DNA of 64,000 bases, taken from the NCBI GenBank assembly GCA_963798085.1, contig CAWCRS010000003.1, positions 192,001 through 256,000 of the forward strand, written 5' to 3'. This DNA is from an uncultured Gemmatimonadales bacterium. Lineage in GTDB: Bacteria > Gemmatimonadota > Gemmatimonadetes > Longimicrobiales > RSA9. A program made the position numbers and the translations under genes. This document shows, piece by piece, positions 28,553 to 38,516 of this stretch; the first letter of the stretch is position 1, and each line of letters begins with the position of its first letter. A model generated the notes under the pieces. The model was not told where the DNA came from and ran no database searches. It saw only the letters and a list, made by a program, of their open reading frames with translations.

Positions 28553-29677
28553 ATGGACGCGCCGGTGGCGGGGTCCGCGGTGACGGTCGTGACCGGAAGT
28601 GTCGTGGTGCTGCGTCTTTTCAATGTGGCCAATGCCATCGATCTCACGCGCGTCGAGCAGCAGGCAGTGGCCGGCGCGTCGACGCGCATCCGCCTCACCA
28701 ATGTCAAACCCAAGGCCGTGACCTTCGGCGAGCCGCCGGTCGAGATCGCGCTGGGAAGGGTCAATGTGACAGTGGCTGGCGCCAGCCTGCCCGCCGATCT
28801 CACGACGCGCATCTACGACTTCGGCACCGTCTCGCTCGCCTTCCGCTTCCGTGCCGACGCTCTGGACTGGACCGGCTACGTGGAACGCATCGACGCCATC
28901 AACGCGGCGCTCGACGGCGCACCGCTTTGGATCGAGCAGCTGGACCGCGTGCGCACGCTGGTCGCGCCCGCACTCGATCGCCCCACGACCACCGTGATCG
29001 AGGAAGACTACCTGCTGGCCACGGTGGACCGCTTCGATCGTCCGCTCACCGCGGAGCGCATCGTCGCCGAGCTCAATGTGGCCCGCCTGCTATCCGGCGA
29101 GGCCCGACCGCTGTCGCGCCGGACCCGCGACGAGCTGATGCGCAATTCCTTCAGCTACTACGAGGACGATCTCGTGGCGCTGACCTGGGACCGCGCGCTC
29201 ATCGTGGAGCCGGGCGGAGAGTTCGACGTCGCGGAAGTGCTGGAAGTCGCTAACGCGCAGTTGCTGGAACTGCGCTTCTACGATACGCTGCTGGACTCGG
29301 AGCTGCCCCGCATGTACGAGCGCGTCGAGCAGGCCAGACAGCGCTTTGGCGGGCTCGGCCGGCGGCGCTATGCCAACCTCGCCCGCGAAATCTACAAACG
29401 CGTAGCCGAAGTCACGGAAATCGCCGAGCGCGTGGACAACGCCCTCATCGTCACCGAGGATGTGTACCTCGCCCGCATTTACGGCGCCGCGCTCGACCTG
29501 TTCCGCGTGCGCGCCTGGAACGCCGCCGTCGAGCGCAAACTGGCCATTATGCGCGACACCTACTCCGCCCTCTATGACGAAGCTACTTCCGCGCGCGCCG
29601 AGTACCTCGAGACCACGATCGTCATTCTCATTGTGCTCGAGATCGTGCTGGCCCTCGTGATGCGCCGCACGGGCTGA
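28553..29677 (+). CDS. RMD1/DUF155-like protein with a C-terminal transmembrane helix
   Basis: RIYDFGTVS, LEVANAQLLELRFYD, EDVYLARIY and LETTIVILIVLEI. Confidence 0.65.
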   Translation: MDAPVAGSAVTVVTGSVVVLRLFNVANAIDLTRVEQQAVAGASTRIRLTNVKPKAVTFGEPPVEIALGRVNVTVAGASLPADLTTRIYDFGTVSLAFRFRADALDWTGYVERIDAINAALDGAPLWIEQLDRVRTLVAPALDRPTTTVIEEDYLLATVDRFDRPLTAERIVAELNVARLLSGEARPLSRRTRDELMRNSFSYYEDDLVALTWDRALIVEPGGEFDVAEVLEVANAQLLELRFYDTLLDSELPRMYERVEQARQRFGGLGRRRYANLAREIYKRVAEVTEIAERVDNALIVTEDVYLARIYGAALDLFRVRAWNAAVERKLAIMRDTYSALYDEATSARAEYLETTIVILIVLEIVLALVMRRTG

Positions 29678-29707
29678 ATCGCCGGCGGCGCACCCGCCAG
29701 GCCCCGC

Positions 29708-30088
29708 TCAGCCGAATTGCGCGAAGCCCACGGAGTTGCCGCCAGGCTCGCGCACGAACAGCTCGTCGGCGCCATAGAACGTCTTGCGCCGCGGCACCAG
29801 GATCTCGGCGCCCGCCATCGCCTTCTCAATGCCCGCAATGTCATTGACTTCGATGAACAATGTGGAGCCGCGCAGCGGTGTGTCCGACATCACGGGAACA
29901 TCGTTCTCCACGCTGCGCAGCGTCTGGTACATGATCTCGATGCCGTCGCTGGCCAGGATCACGAATTGAAGACGGTCGCCATCGGGTACTTCCGCCGTCT
30001 TCGTGAATCCCAGACGGTCCGTCCAGAACGACAGGCAGGGCTCGATCGCGTCCACCATCAGAATCGGCGTCAGCTTCTTGAGTTGCAT
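29708..30088 (-). CDS. VOC/glyoxalase family protein
   Basis: LTPILMV...FWTDRLGF...TFYGADELFVREPGGN. Confidence 0.85.
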   Translation of the reverse strand: MQLKKLTPILMVDAIEPCLSFWTDRLGFTKTAEVPDGDRLQFVILASDGIEIMYQTLRSVENDVPVMSDTPLRGSTLFIEVNDIAGIEKAMAGAEILVPRRKTFYGADELFVREPGGNSVGFAQFG

Positions 30089-30263
30089 GGGCTCCTCGTG
30101 TGTGAGAGTTCGATGAGCCCGAAACTAATGCGCCGGCGCAGCGGACTCTTGTACGAATCCGCACGCCGGCGCAAAGCGCTTGAACGCTGCAGCCTGGCTG
30201 TTTCTACTGCCCGGGAGCCCGCAGCGTCCGCCGAGGCGGCTGCACAGCCGGGTTCCTGCCGGG

Positions 30264-30602
30264 CTACTCGCCCTTCAGGCCGTACAGGTCACCCACGCTG
30301 CGCTCATACTCCTCGATCGACAGCTCCCCCGAAGCAAAGCGGCGCTGCAGCGACTCGAGCCGCGTTTCCGCTCGCGGCGGCGCCGCCACCGGCGGCGTGT
30401 TCAGCTGCAGTGGAGACTGCGGTGGAGCCTTCATGGGCGGCGCCGGCGGCGAGAACGGGTGGAACATGTCATCGCCTTCCAGCATCCGCTGCCATTGGCG
30501 CCGCATCCTGCGCTGACGGCGCCAGGGATCCCCACCAAGCGCCGCACCCACAGTGCGGCTCACGATCATGACCAGGAACATGATCATCAGGAGCGACATC
30601 AT
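30264..30602 (-). CDS. SHOCT-domain small membrane protein
   Basis: N-terminal TM helix, Pro-rich linker and C-terminal LQRRFASGELSIEEYE; GGGAAGG RBS. Confidence 0.75.
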   Translation of the reverse strand: MMSLLMIMFLVMIVSRTVGAALGGDPWRRQRRMRRQWQRMLEGDDMFHPFSPPAPPMKAPPQSPLQLNTPPVAAPPRAETRLESLQRRFASGELSIEEYERSVGDLYGLKGE

Positions 30603-30620
30603 CCTCGCCTTCCCTTCGCC

Positions 30621-31190
30621 TCAGGCCGGACTCTCGCCACGCCTGCGTGTGGCGTCTTCCATTTCGCGCGTCGCCCGCTCCAGGATTTCCTTGAGCCGGT
30701 CCAGCGAATCCTTGTCGCCGGCGCGCTTCACCGCTTCCTCGAAGCTCACCTGCGCGAAATGAATGAAAGACTTCGTGAGATCCCGCATCTCCGAGCCTGT
30801 AAAACGACCCGTGAAATCCGAGATGCGATCGAATACGTCGGCCACCCGCTCCCGATTCTCATCGAGAAAGCGACGCCCCTCGTCCGTGATGCTGTAGGTG
30901 CGCTTGCCGTCCCGCTCCTCCGAGCGCACGTAGCTCTGGTCCTCCAGCATTTGGAGCACCGGGTAGACCGAGCCCGCACTGGGCGTGTACCAGCCACGTG
31001 CCTCGCTGCCCAGCGCCTGCATGACTTCGTACCCGTGCATGGGCCGGTCCGCCAGAAGCTTGAGGATCAGATAGCGCAGATCGCCGCGGTCGAACACCCG
31101 CGAGCGGAAGCGGTGCCTGCCGAATTTCGCCTCGGGCCCGCAGAACGCGGCCCAGGCGCCAAACCCGAAATCCCTGTGTCGATCCCTCAT
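30621..31190 (-). CDS. PadR-family transcriptional regulator (YqjI-like)
   Basis: GDLRYLILKLL..PMHGYEVM...YTPSAGSVYPVLQMLE...KRTYSITDEG. Confidence 0.92.
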   Translation of the reverse strand: MRDRHRDFGFGAWAAFCGPEAKFGRHRFRSRVFDRGDLRYLILKLLADRPMHGYEVMQALGSEARGWYTPSAGSVYPVLQMLEDQSYVRSEERDGKRTYSITDEGRRFLDENRERVADVFDRISDFTGRFTGSEMRDLTKSFIHFAQVSFEEAVKRAGDKDSLDRLKEILERATREMEDATRRRGESPA

Positions 31191-31228
31191 GTTCTCGCCT
31201 CTCCGTTTCGGCCGGACACCGTGTCCAG

Positions 31229-31272
31229 CCGATGTGTCGGGTAATATCGCGATATATCGCTTGAAGAGTCAA
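31229..31272 (-). promoter_or_regulatory. Sigma70-like promoter overlapped by palindromic operator sites, probably PadR autoregulation
   Basis: -35 TTGACT (31272-31267, minus strand); perfect palindromes ATATCGCGATAT (31244-31255) and GCGATATATCGC (31249-31260); related site CCGATGTGTCGG (31229-31240). Confidence 0.65.
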
Positions 31273-31584
31273 GGGCCCTGAAGCCAGCCGCCGACAGTCA
31301 CCCGTTTCCAGGGCCGGGCCTCGGGCTGGGGCTCGGGCCGAACGCACGAAACCCTTCACCGCTCCATGAACACCTGCCCTGCTCCTTCGCCCCGTCTCGC
31401 TCCCCTTCACCGCTGTGCCCGCCGACCCGCGCCAGCTGGGCGATCAATCCGGACTCGCCGCCGGAGGGCGACGCTCAATGAAATCGCCGGCACCTCGATC
31501 CCGACCCACGCGAGGCGATGGCGGGTGTCGCGGGACGAGGAAAATCGAAGTAGGCTGGGTGCACGGATTCGGCATGGAGGAATC

Positions 31585-32346
31585 ATGACGGGAATCGGGC
31601 GCGGCGGGCTGGTGCTGGTGGTTCTGCTGGCGGGTTGCAATCGGGCGGCGGTGCAGCCGGGGATGCAGCCGGCGCCGGCCGGCGTGACGCCGGCGGGAGC
31701 GGCGGCGGCACTGCCCGGGTCGGTGCAATGGACACGCAGCTCGGCGGAGCACGACGCGCTCTTCCGGCAGACCTATCGATTCGCGGGCGAGCGCATTCGC
31801 ACGCTGTCGTCGGGCCGCGCCCCGGGCACCTGGGGTGTGATCATGGATGCGGACGAGACGCTGCTCGATAACTCGGAGTATCAGCGGGACCGCGCGCGCG
31901 CCGGTGGCGGGTTCGATGCGGCATCGTGGACGGCGTGGGTGAAGCGGGAAGCGGCCACGGCTCTGCCGGGCGCGCTCGATTTCATCCGCACCGTGCATGA
32001 CATGGGTGGGCATCTCGCGGTGGTGACGAATCGTGAGGACGACGTGTGCCCCGAGACGCGCGCCAACCTCCAGGCTGTCGGCATTGCTGCCGACGTCGTG
32101 CTCTGCCATGCGCCCGGACCCACAGACAAGAGCCCGCGTTTCCTCGCCGTGGAGCACGGCACTGCAGCGTCCGGCGTTCCCGCGTTCGACGTGCTGATGT
32201 GGGTGGGCGACAACATCCAGGACTTTCCGGACCTCTCCCAGGACATCCGTGGTCGCGGCGACGCGGCGTTTGCCGCCTTCGGCTCGCGTTTCATCGTGCT
32301 GCCCAACCCGATGTACGGCTCCTGGGAACGGAACCCGGCGCGTTGA
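31585..32346 (+). CDS. Class C acid phosphatase / 5'-nucleotidase e(P4)-type lipoprotein (HAD)
   Basis: GGAGG RBS; lipobox LAGC; DADETLLDN, VTNR, VGDNIQDF and LPNPMYGSWE. Confidence 0.9.
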   Translation: MTGIGRGGLVLVVLLAGCNRAAVQPGMQPAPAGVTPAGAAAALPGSVQWTRSSAEHDALFRQTYRFAGERIRTLSSGRAPGTWGVIMDADETLLDNSEYQRDRARAGGGFDAASWTAWVKREAATALPGALDFIRTVHDMGGHLAVVTNREDDVCPETRANLQAVGIAADVVLCHAPGPTDKSPRFLAVEHGTAASGVPAFDVLMWVGDNIQDFPDLSQDIRGRGDAAFAAFGSRFIVLPNPMYGSWERNPAR

Positions 32347-32578
32347 GCGGCAGCGGGATCTCGAGTCCCACGACCGCGCAGTGGAACGCGTCGCCTGACC
32401 ACCAGTGCCGACCTGACACACGCGTGTACGGCGCTCTGCCCGCGAGGATCCGCGCGGTACGGCAGCTGCCGGCGCATCCTTCTTGCGCCTGTGTTGCGTC
32501 CGGGCACAGAAGAAATCATCACAGGCGACGACGACGCCTCACCTCTCCGCCGCCATGCGGTGGGCATGGAGGGTCCGG

Positions 32579-35008
32579 GTGGGCATTTTTTCGGGAGATG
32601 TACGGCACGCGCTGCGCAGACTGCGTCGCGATCCGCTGTTTGCCGCCATTGCGGTCACCACCCTTGCGGTGGGCATTGGCGCCACCACTGCGCTTTATTC
32701 GGTGCTCGATTCGGCTCTGGTCCGCGCACTGCCGTTCCGCGATGCGGACGGACTGGTCTGGGTGTGGGGCACGTTTGGCCGTGATCGTCAGATCCGGGGC
32801 GCGTCGTGGCCGGAGGCGATGGACTGGCGCGAGCAGTCGCGCTCCTTCGACGATTTCACGATCTATGATGCGCCCGACCTGACCATGGCGACGCAGGGTG
32901 AGGCGAGGCAGGTGTCGGCGGAGGTGGTGAGCCCGGGCTATTTCGAGATGCTGGGCGCCCGGCCGCAGCTGGGGCGCGTGCTGCGTCCGGAAGATGACGT
33001 GGCTAACAGCGAGCCAGTCGTAGTGCTGGGTCACGGCCTGTGGCAGAGCATGTTCGGCGGCGACCCGGACGTGGTGGGGAAGCGCGTGCAGGTCGACGGC
33101 CGGCCCTTCACGGTGGTCGGCGTCATGCGCCAGACGTTCCTGGGACTGTCCTTCCGGGCGGAGGCGTGGACCACGCTGCCCGCGCTGTCGCCCGAGGTGC
33201 TCCCCGAGCGCGGCCAGCGCTGGCTGGGGGTGGTGGTCCGGCTCAAACCCGGTGTTAGTGTGCTGGCGGCGCAGCAGGACCTGGATCGCGTGGCTCTGCA
33301 CCTGGAGCAGCAGCTGCCCGAGCTGAATCTCGACCGGCGCACGCGCGTGATCGGGTTGCGTGACGCCTATCTCTCGTCCACCCGCTCGCTGCTGCTCATC
33401 CTCTTCGGCGCCGTCCTCTTCCTGCTGGTGATCGCCTGCGTCAATGTCACCAACCTGCAGGTGGTCCGCGGCCTCGCGCGGACACACGAGTTATCCTTGC
33501 GCAACGCGCTCGGCGGCAGCCGCGGGCAGCTGGTGCGCCAGCTGCTGATCGAAGGCGTGGTGCTGGCGCTGGTCAGTGCCGTTCTCGGCGCCGGTCTGGC
33601 GTTCTGGGGCATGCAGGGACTCATCACGCTGCTGCCGCAGGGTGCGCTTCCGCCGTTCGTGAACGCATCCATGAACGCGCGCTCCATGGTCTTCGCCGGG
33701 CTGGCCGCGGTGGTGTGCGGCGTGGCGGCAACGCTGGCGCCCGCGTTGCGCGCCACGGGCGGGCAGCTGGCTCGCAACCTGGTGACGGGCACGCGGGTGG
33801 CGGTCCGCATCTCCGGGCGTGACACCGGTGTTCGCATTCAGCACGCGCTGGTCTCCGCCGAGTGCGCGCTGGCTGTCGTGGTGCTCATCGGGGCAGGACT
33901 TCTGGTGCGCAGTTTCCGCGAGCTGACGCGTATCGACCTCGGCTTCCAGGGTCGCAGTGTGCTGGCAGCGCGTGTCGATCTGCCGCCCGCGCAGTACAAT
34001 GCCGCCGCCCGGCTTCGCTTCGCGCGCAGCCTGCTCGAGCGTCTGGAGGGTCGCGCCGGCATCACGAGCGCAGCGGTCACGAGCGATGCGCCGCTGCGGG
34101 GTCATTCCAGCGCCGCCATCCTGCAGCGCGAAGAATTCGATCGCGAACATATCCGTTATTACCGGCACAGCGTCTCGCCCGGGTATTTCGCGACCCTGGG
34201 TGTGCCGCTCATGGCCGGCCGCGACTTCACCGTGGACGACAACACGGGTTCGGATCCGGTGGCGATTGCCAGTGCGACCCTCGCCCAGCGGTTGTGGCCG
34301 CTGGAGGACCCGCTGGGCAAGCGTCTCCGCCTTGGCGGTGGCCCGGGCGCTACCCTCGTGACCATCGTCGGCGTGGTGGGTGACGTGCGCCAGCGTGCGC
34401 TGCGCGCGAATCCGGGTGACGCCGCGGAGGACCCGGACGTTTACTTCCCGTTCGCCCAGCGTACGCCGGCATCCTTCGATCTGCTGGTTGGCGCCGCGTC
34501 AACCCCCGCCGTGGTGCTGACCGGCCTGCGTCAGGACGTCGCGGCGCTCGGTCCAGCGCTGGCCCTGTACAATGCAGGCACCATGGCGAGCGCGATTCGC
34601 AGTCAGACGGCCACGGATCGCTTCGGCTCGCTGCTGCTCACCATCTTCGGCGGGTTGTCACTCGCGCTGGCGGCGGTGGGCGTGTACGGCGTGATGGCGT
34701 TCTTCGTCGGGCAGCGCCGCCGCGAGATGGCCATCCGACTCGCGCTGGGCGCAACACCCGGTTCTGTGCGTGCGCTGGTGTTTCGGCAGGGCGCCGTCAT
34801 GATCGGCGCAGGTGGTGCGGCAGGCATCGCCGTAGCGCTGATAGCGACTCGCCTGCTGACCGCGCTGCTCTATAACGTGCGTCCGACCGATGGCCTCACG
34901 TTCGTGGTTTCGCTGGTCGCATTGCTGATCGCGGGCATCGCCGCGATCAATGCGCCGGCCCGCCGCGCGCTGCGCGTCGAGCCACAGGCCGTGCTCGGCA
35001 ACAACTGA
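32579..35008 (+). CDS. Duplicated MacB/FtsX-type ABC permease (ADOP family), with no adjacent ATPase
   Basis: DVRHALRRL..P.F, LVIACVNVTNL, LR.ALGG.RG.LVRQLL.E, VGVYGV...QRRREMAIRLALGA and PARRA..VEP; GGAGG RBS before the GTG at 32579. Confidence 0.9.
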   Translation: MGIFSGDVRHALRRLRRDPLFAAIAVTTLAVGIGATTALYSVLDSALVRALPFRDADGLVWVWGTFGRDRQIRGASWPEAMDWREQSRSFDDFTIYDAPDLTMATQGEARQVSAEVVSPGYFEMLGARPQLGRVLRPEDDVANSEPVVVLGHGLWQSMFGGDPDVVGKRVQVDGRPFTVVGVMRQTFLGLSFRAEAWTTLPALSPEVLPERGQRWLGVVVRLKPGVSVLAAQQDLDRVALHLEQQLPELNLDRRTRVIGLRDAYLSSTRSLLLILFGAVLFLLVIACVNVTNLQVVRGLARTHELSLRNALGGSRGQLVRQLLIEGVVLALVSAVLGAGLAFWGMQGLITLLPQGALPPFVNASMNARSMVFAGLAAVVCGVAATLAPALRATGGQLARNLVTGTRVAVRISGRDTGVRIQHALVSAECALAVVVLIGAGLLVRSFRELTRIDLGFQGRSVLAARVDLPPAQYNAAARLRFARSLLERLEGRAGITSAAVTSDAPLRGHSSAAILQREEFDREHIRYYRHSVSPGYFATLGVPLMAGRDFTVDDNTGSDPVAIASATLAQRLWPLEDPLGKRLRLGGGPGATLVTIVGVVGDVRQRALRANPGDAAEDPDVYFPFAQRTPASFDLLVGAASTPAVVLTGLRQDVAALGPALALYNAGTMASAIRSQTATDRFGSLLLTIFGGLSLALAAVGVYGVMAFFVGQRRREMAIRLALGATPGSVRALVFRQGAVMIGAGGAAGIAVALIATRLLTALLYNVRPTDGLTFVVSLVALLIAGIAAINAPARRALRVEPQAVLGNN

Positions 35009-35019
35009 ATTCCCGCACG

Positions 35020-36396
35020 TCAGGCATCGGCGCCCACGGCGTGACCTGCATCGTGGGCCGGCCACGTAATCACGAAGCGATTGCGGTCGCGGTCACGCAG
35101 GCACTGCAGCTCGCCTGCGTGCGCTTCCGCGATCCATTGCACGATGGCCAGTCCCAGACCGCGACCTTCCGCGCGCTGGCCCCAGTCATCCGCGGGCAGC
35201 TGCACGGGCTCGCCGCGGCTGGACACCGCCATCATGGCGCGACCCTCTTCGACCCGAGCCGAGACCACAATGGGGCCCCCGGCCGCGCCGTGTTTCAGCG
35301 CGTTCTCCAGCAGCTCGAGCAGTGCTTCCCGCAGCAGTGCGTCGTTGCCCCGGACCACATCCGCGCTGACGTTGTCCAGCTCCAGTGTGTGCCCCGAAGC
35401 CTGCGCCCTTCGTCGCATGAGATCCGTGCATTCGAGCACGACCGCGTCCAGCTCCACTGCATCGCGTACCGGCGGCCGTTCACCCGCCTCGGCCTGCGCC
35501 AGCAGGAACAGCTCCTCGACACGGTGCGACATCTGCTCCGCCGCCCGGCCAATGCGCTCCAGCACGTGCCGGTATTCCTGCGCGTCGCGCGCCCGTTCCA
35601 GGCTGAGCGCGCTCTCGCCGCGCACGAGTGTGAGCGGCGTCTTCAGCTGATGCGCCGCGCGCGCCAGAAAGGCCCGGTTCCGGTCCCTCGCCTCCGCCAG
35701 GCGTTCTAACAGCCTGTTGAACTGGTCCGCCAGGCGGTCCAGCTCATCGTGCGGCACGTTCACCGGCAGCCGCCGCCCGAGGTTCTCGGGCGCAATTCCC
35801 GCAATCGCCGCGGTCATGGCGCCCAGCGGTCGCAGCACCCGGCCGGCGAGCAGGTACCCGGCCACCAGGGCGAAGAGTACGACGCCGGGTACGCTGAACA
35901 GCAGCCAGTCGGTCACCACTTCCTTGAATTCGCGCAGGTTGTGCGTGGAGCGCCCGGCGAGGATGCGCAGCTGCGGCGGCGCCGCCCCGTCGACTGCGAT
36001 CCAGCGCGCCGCCTGCACACCATCGCCCTGCGACCAGGGCGCGCCGCCCGCGTGGTCCATGGCGGCGGTCGCTCGGCCTCCGGTGAGCACACGCTGCGGT
36101 CCGCGCCGGCCGAGTTCCAGCCCGCGGCCGTCGACGGCGATCAGCGCGTCGCGCTCATCGGGCCATTCCGCAAGAGCGTCATCGACCGCCGCCGGCAGGG
36201 TCAGTCCCTCGACATTCTGTTCGCGCCGCACCGCGGCCAGGGCGCCTTCGGCGGCCGTGAGCAGATCGCGATCGAAGCGCCGTTCGGCGTCGCGGCGCAG
36301 CCAGGTCCAGAGACCGAGATCGGTGGCGGCCACGACCAGCAGCACGACGCCGGCGAAGGCGCCAGACAGCTTCAGGCGCAGGCGGCTATACCGCAT
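35020..36396 (-). CDS. Sensor histidine kinase (HAMP-HisKA-HATPase)
   Basis: Two TM helices; H-box AAHQLKTPL, N-box LLENALKH and G-box GRGLGLAIV. Confidence 0.92.
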   Translation of the reverse strand: MRYSRLRLKLSGAFAGVVLLVVAATDLGLWTWLRRDAERRFDRDLLTAAEGALAAVRREQNVEGLTLPAAVDDALAEWPDERDALIAVDGRGLELGRRGPQRVLTGGRATAAMDHAGGAPWSQGDGVQAARWIAVDGAAPPQLRILAGRSTHNLREFKEVVTDWLLFSVPGVVLFALVAGYLLAGRVLRPLGAMTAAIAGIAPENLGRRLPVNVPHDELDRLADQFNRLLERLAEARDRNRAFLARAAHQLKTPLTLVRGESALSLERARDAQEYRHVLERIGRAAEQMSHRVEELFLLAQAEAGERPPVRDAVELDAVVLECTDLMRRRAQASGHTLELDNVSADVVRGNDALLREALLELLENALKHGAAGGPIVVSARVEEGRAMMAVSSRGEPVQLPADDWGQRAEGRGLGLAIVQWIAEAHAGELQCLRDRDRNRFVITWPAHDAGHAVGADA

Positions 36397-37075
36397 CGGT
36401 TGGCCGGTGCAGCGAGAGTTCGTAACCCATCCCGCGCACCGTGTGCAGCAGCTGGGTTTCTCCCGGCAGCGCGATCTTGCGCCGCACGCGCCCCACCAGC
36501 ACATCGACCGCGTTCGCGACGGGGTCGAAGTTGTCGTCCCACACGTGCTCGAGAATGCGTGCGCGGCTGTGCACGCGCTCGGGGTTGCGCATGAGGAACT
36601 CGAGCAGCGCATATTCGCGCGCCGTCAACCGGATGACACGGTTCCCCCGCCGCGCGGTGCGCGTCGCCGTGTTCAGCTCGAGATCGGCGACCATGAGACG
36701 CACATCCAGCGGCGACGGCGGGCGGCGCAGCAGTGCGCGCAGACGGGCCAGCAGTTCTTCGATAGCAAAGGGTTTGGCCAGATAGTCGTCGGCGCCCGCA
36801 TCCAGGCCCACTACCCGGTCGTGCAGCCCGCTGCGTGCCGTCAGCATGAGGATGGGCGTACGCCCGCCCTGCGCGCGATACTGCCGGCACACCTGCACGC
36901 CGTCCGCATCGGGCAGACCCAGGTCGAGAATGGCCACATCGTAGTCGGTGACCGCCAGCGCCTGCAGCGCCGCATCCGCGCGCGGCACGACATCGGGCGC
37001 CCACGCGGCTTCGCGCAGTGCACGCGCCAGCAGGTCGGCTACCGCCGGCTCATCTTCAATGATCAGGACACGCAT
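36386..37075 (-). CDS. OmpR-family response regulator (CusR/CzcR-like)
   Basis: LIIEDE, ILDLGLP, GADDYLAKPF, LTAREYALL and LHTVRGMGY. Confidence 0.95.
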   Translation of the reverse strand: MRVLIIEDEPAVADLLARALREAAWAPDVVPRADAALQALAVTDYDVAILDLGLPDADGVQVCRQYRAQGGRTPILMLTARSGLHDRVVGLDAGADDYLAKPFAIEELLARLRALLRRPPSPLDVRLMVADLELNTATRTARRGNRVIRLTAREYALLEFLMRNPERVHSRARILEHVWDDNFDPVANAVDVLVGRVRRKIALPGETQLLHTVRGMGYELSLHRPTDAV

Positions 37076-37255
37076 GAATCGCTTCCGCTGTCAGGTTGCA
37101 TTCACTGCCTGTGTTCCGGATCATAGGGCCTCGTGCGCTTGTCGTACACAGGACGCATGCGTCATTATGCCGTCATGGCGCGAGGCTAGGTTGGCGGGTT
37201 GCGCTGCCGTCAGGCTGCACACGTCGAAGCCGGGTGCTGATCTCGCACGTGGGCC

Positions 37256-37275
37256 ATTCAGAAAACGCAATGAAT
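37256..37275. promoter_or_regulatory. Candidate response-regulator binding site
   Basis: Inverted repeat ATTCA-N10-TGAAT in an AT-rich patch 18 nt upstream of the TolC-family start, between the divergent two-component and efflux operons. Confidence 0.4.
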
Positions 37276-37292
37276 CCCTATTGCCCTGGGGT

Positions 37293-38516
37293 ATGACCGA
37301 CACAGCCAAGCGCGCCCGCCGCACCGTCCCGGCGCTGGCGGGCATGATGCTGGTTCTGTGCGGCCCCGTGGCAGCGCAGCGACCGTTGACGTACGAAGAC
37401 GCGATCCGGCAGGCCCTCGCCGCCGGTGCCGCGATCGGTTTGGCGCGTGCCGATTCCGCAGTGGCCGCGGCCGGCCTGCTCGGCGCGCGAGCCTACAGCA
37501 ATCCACTGGTGTCAACGGGCTACACCGATGACCCGCCTCAGTACCACGCGCTGTTCGAGCAGCCGCTCGACTTTTTCGGACCGCGCGGAGCGCATGTTCG
37601 CGCTGCCAGAGCGAGTGTAACCGCGGCGGCGTACCGTCTCGAGCTGGAGCGCGCGCGCATCCGTTTCAATGTGACGCTCGCCTACACCGACGCCTCTGCG
37701 GCGCAGCGCACGGCCAGTCTGTCGGCGCGCGCCGCTGCCGACGCGCAGGAGCTGGCGCGCATTGCGCGGGCGCGCCGCGACCAGGGTGATGCCAGTGATC
37801 TCGACGTGGGTCTGGCCACGCTGAATGCCGGTCAGCTCGCCAACCGTGCCAGTGCCGATTCGGTCGCAACCATCGACGCCCTGATCACACTTCAGCTGTT
37901 GCTCGGCCAGTCCGGCAATGTCCTGCAGATCGCCCTCGCCGATTCGCTCGAGTCGCTGCAATCCGTGCCCGCGGCCGGCGCCCGGCGACCGCTGAGCCTG
38001 ATGGTTGCCGATGCCGACCTGCGCGCCCGCCAGCTGGACTTCGCTTTCGAGCGACGCAGCCGATTCCAGGCGCCTTCCATTCAGGCCGGCTTCGATACGC
38101 ACGATCCCACCACCCACGAATCGAAGCTCCTGCCCTTGTTCAGCATCGCGATACCGCTGCCGCTGCTCGATCCCAATCGTGGCGGCACGGCAACGGCGCG
38201 CGCGGAGGTCGATCGCGCAACGATCGCGCTCGCAGCTGCGGAGCGGGAAAGTGCGGCGGCCATCGCCCGTGCGCAGCGCGACGTGGCTGCGGCTTCTGCA
38301 AGGCTGGACCGCGATCGGCAGTTCGTGCAGGATGCCGAGCGCCTCGCCGGTCTGGTTAACGCGGCATACCGTGAGGGTGCCTATCCGATCACCAGTGTGC
38401 TCGAGGCGCAGCGCAATGTGCGCAATGTGCTGAGCCAGTACACCGATGACGCGGCGGCGCTCGTGCGGGCGAGAGCCGCGCTCGCCCTGGCTACCACAGG
38501 AGCGCCCGGCCAATGA
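37293..38516 (+). CDS. TolC-family outer membrane efflux protein
   Basis: Signal peptide, two helical OEP repeats, SIAIPLPL..NRG and AYREG...VLEAQR. Confidence 0.88.
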   Translation: MTDTAKRARRTVPALAGMMLVLCGPVAAQRPLTYEDAIRQALAAGAAIGLARADSAVAAAGLLGARAYSNPLVSTGYTDDPPQYHALFEQPLDFFGPRGAHVRAARASVTAAAYRLELERARIRFNVTLAYTDASAAQRTASLSARAAADAQELARIARARRDQGDASDLDVGLATLNAGQLANRASADSVATIDALITLQLLLGQSGNVLQIALADSLESLQSVPAAGARRPLSLMVADADLRARQLDFAFERRSRFQAPSIQAGFDTHDPTTHESKLLPLFSIAIPLPLLDPNRGGTATARAEVDRATIALAAAERESAAAIARAQRDVAAASARLDRDRQFVQDAERLAGLVNAAYREGAYPITSVLEAQRNVRNVLSQYTDDAAALVRARAALALATTGAPGQ

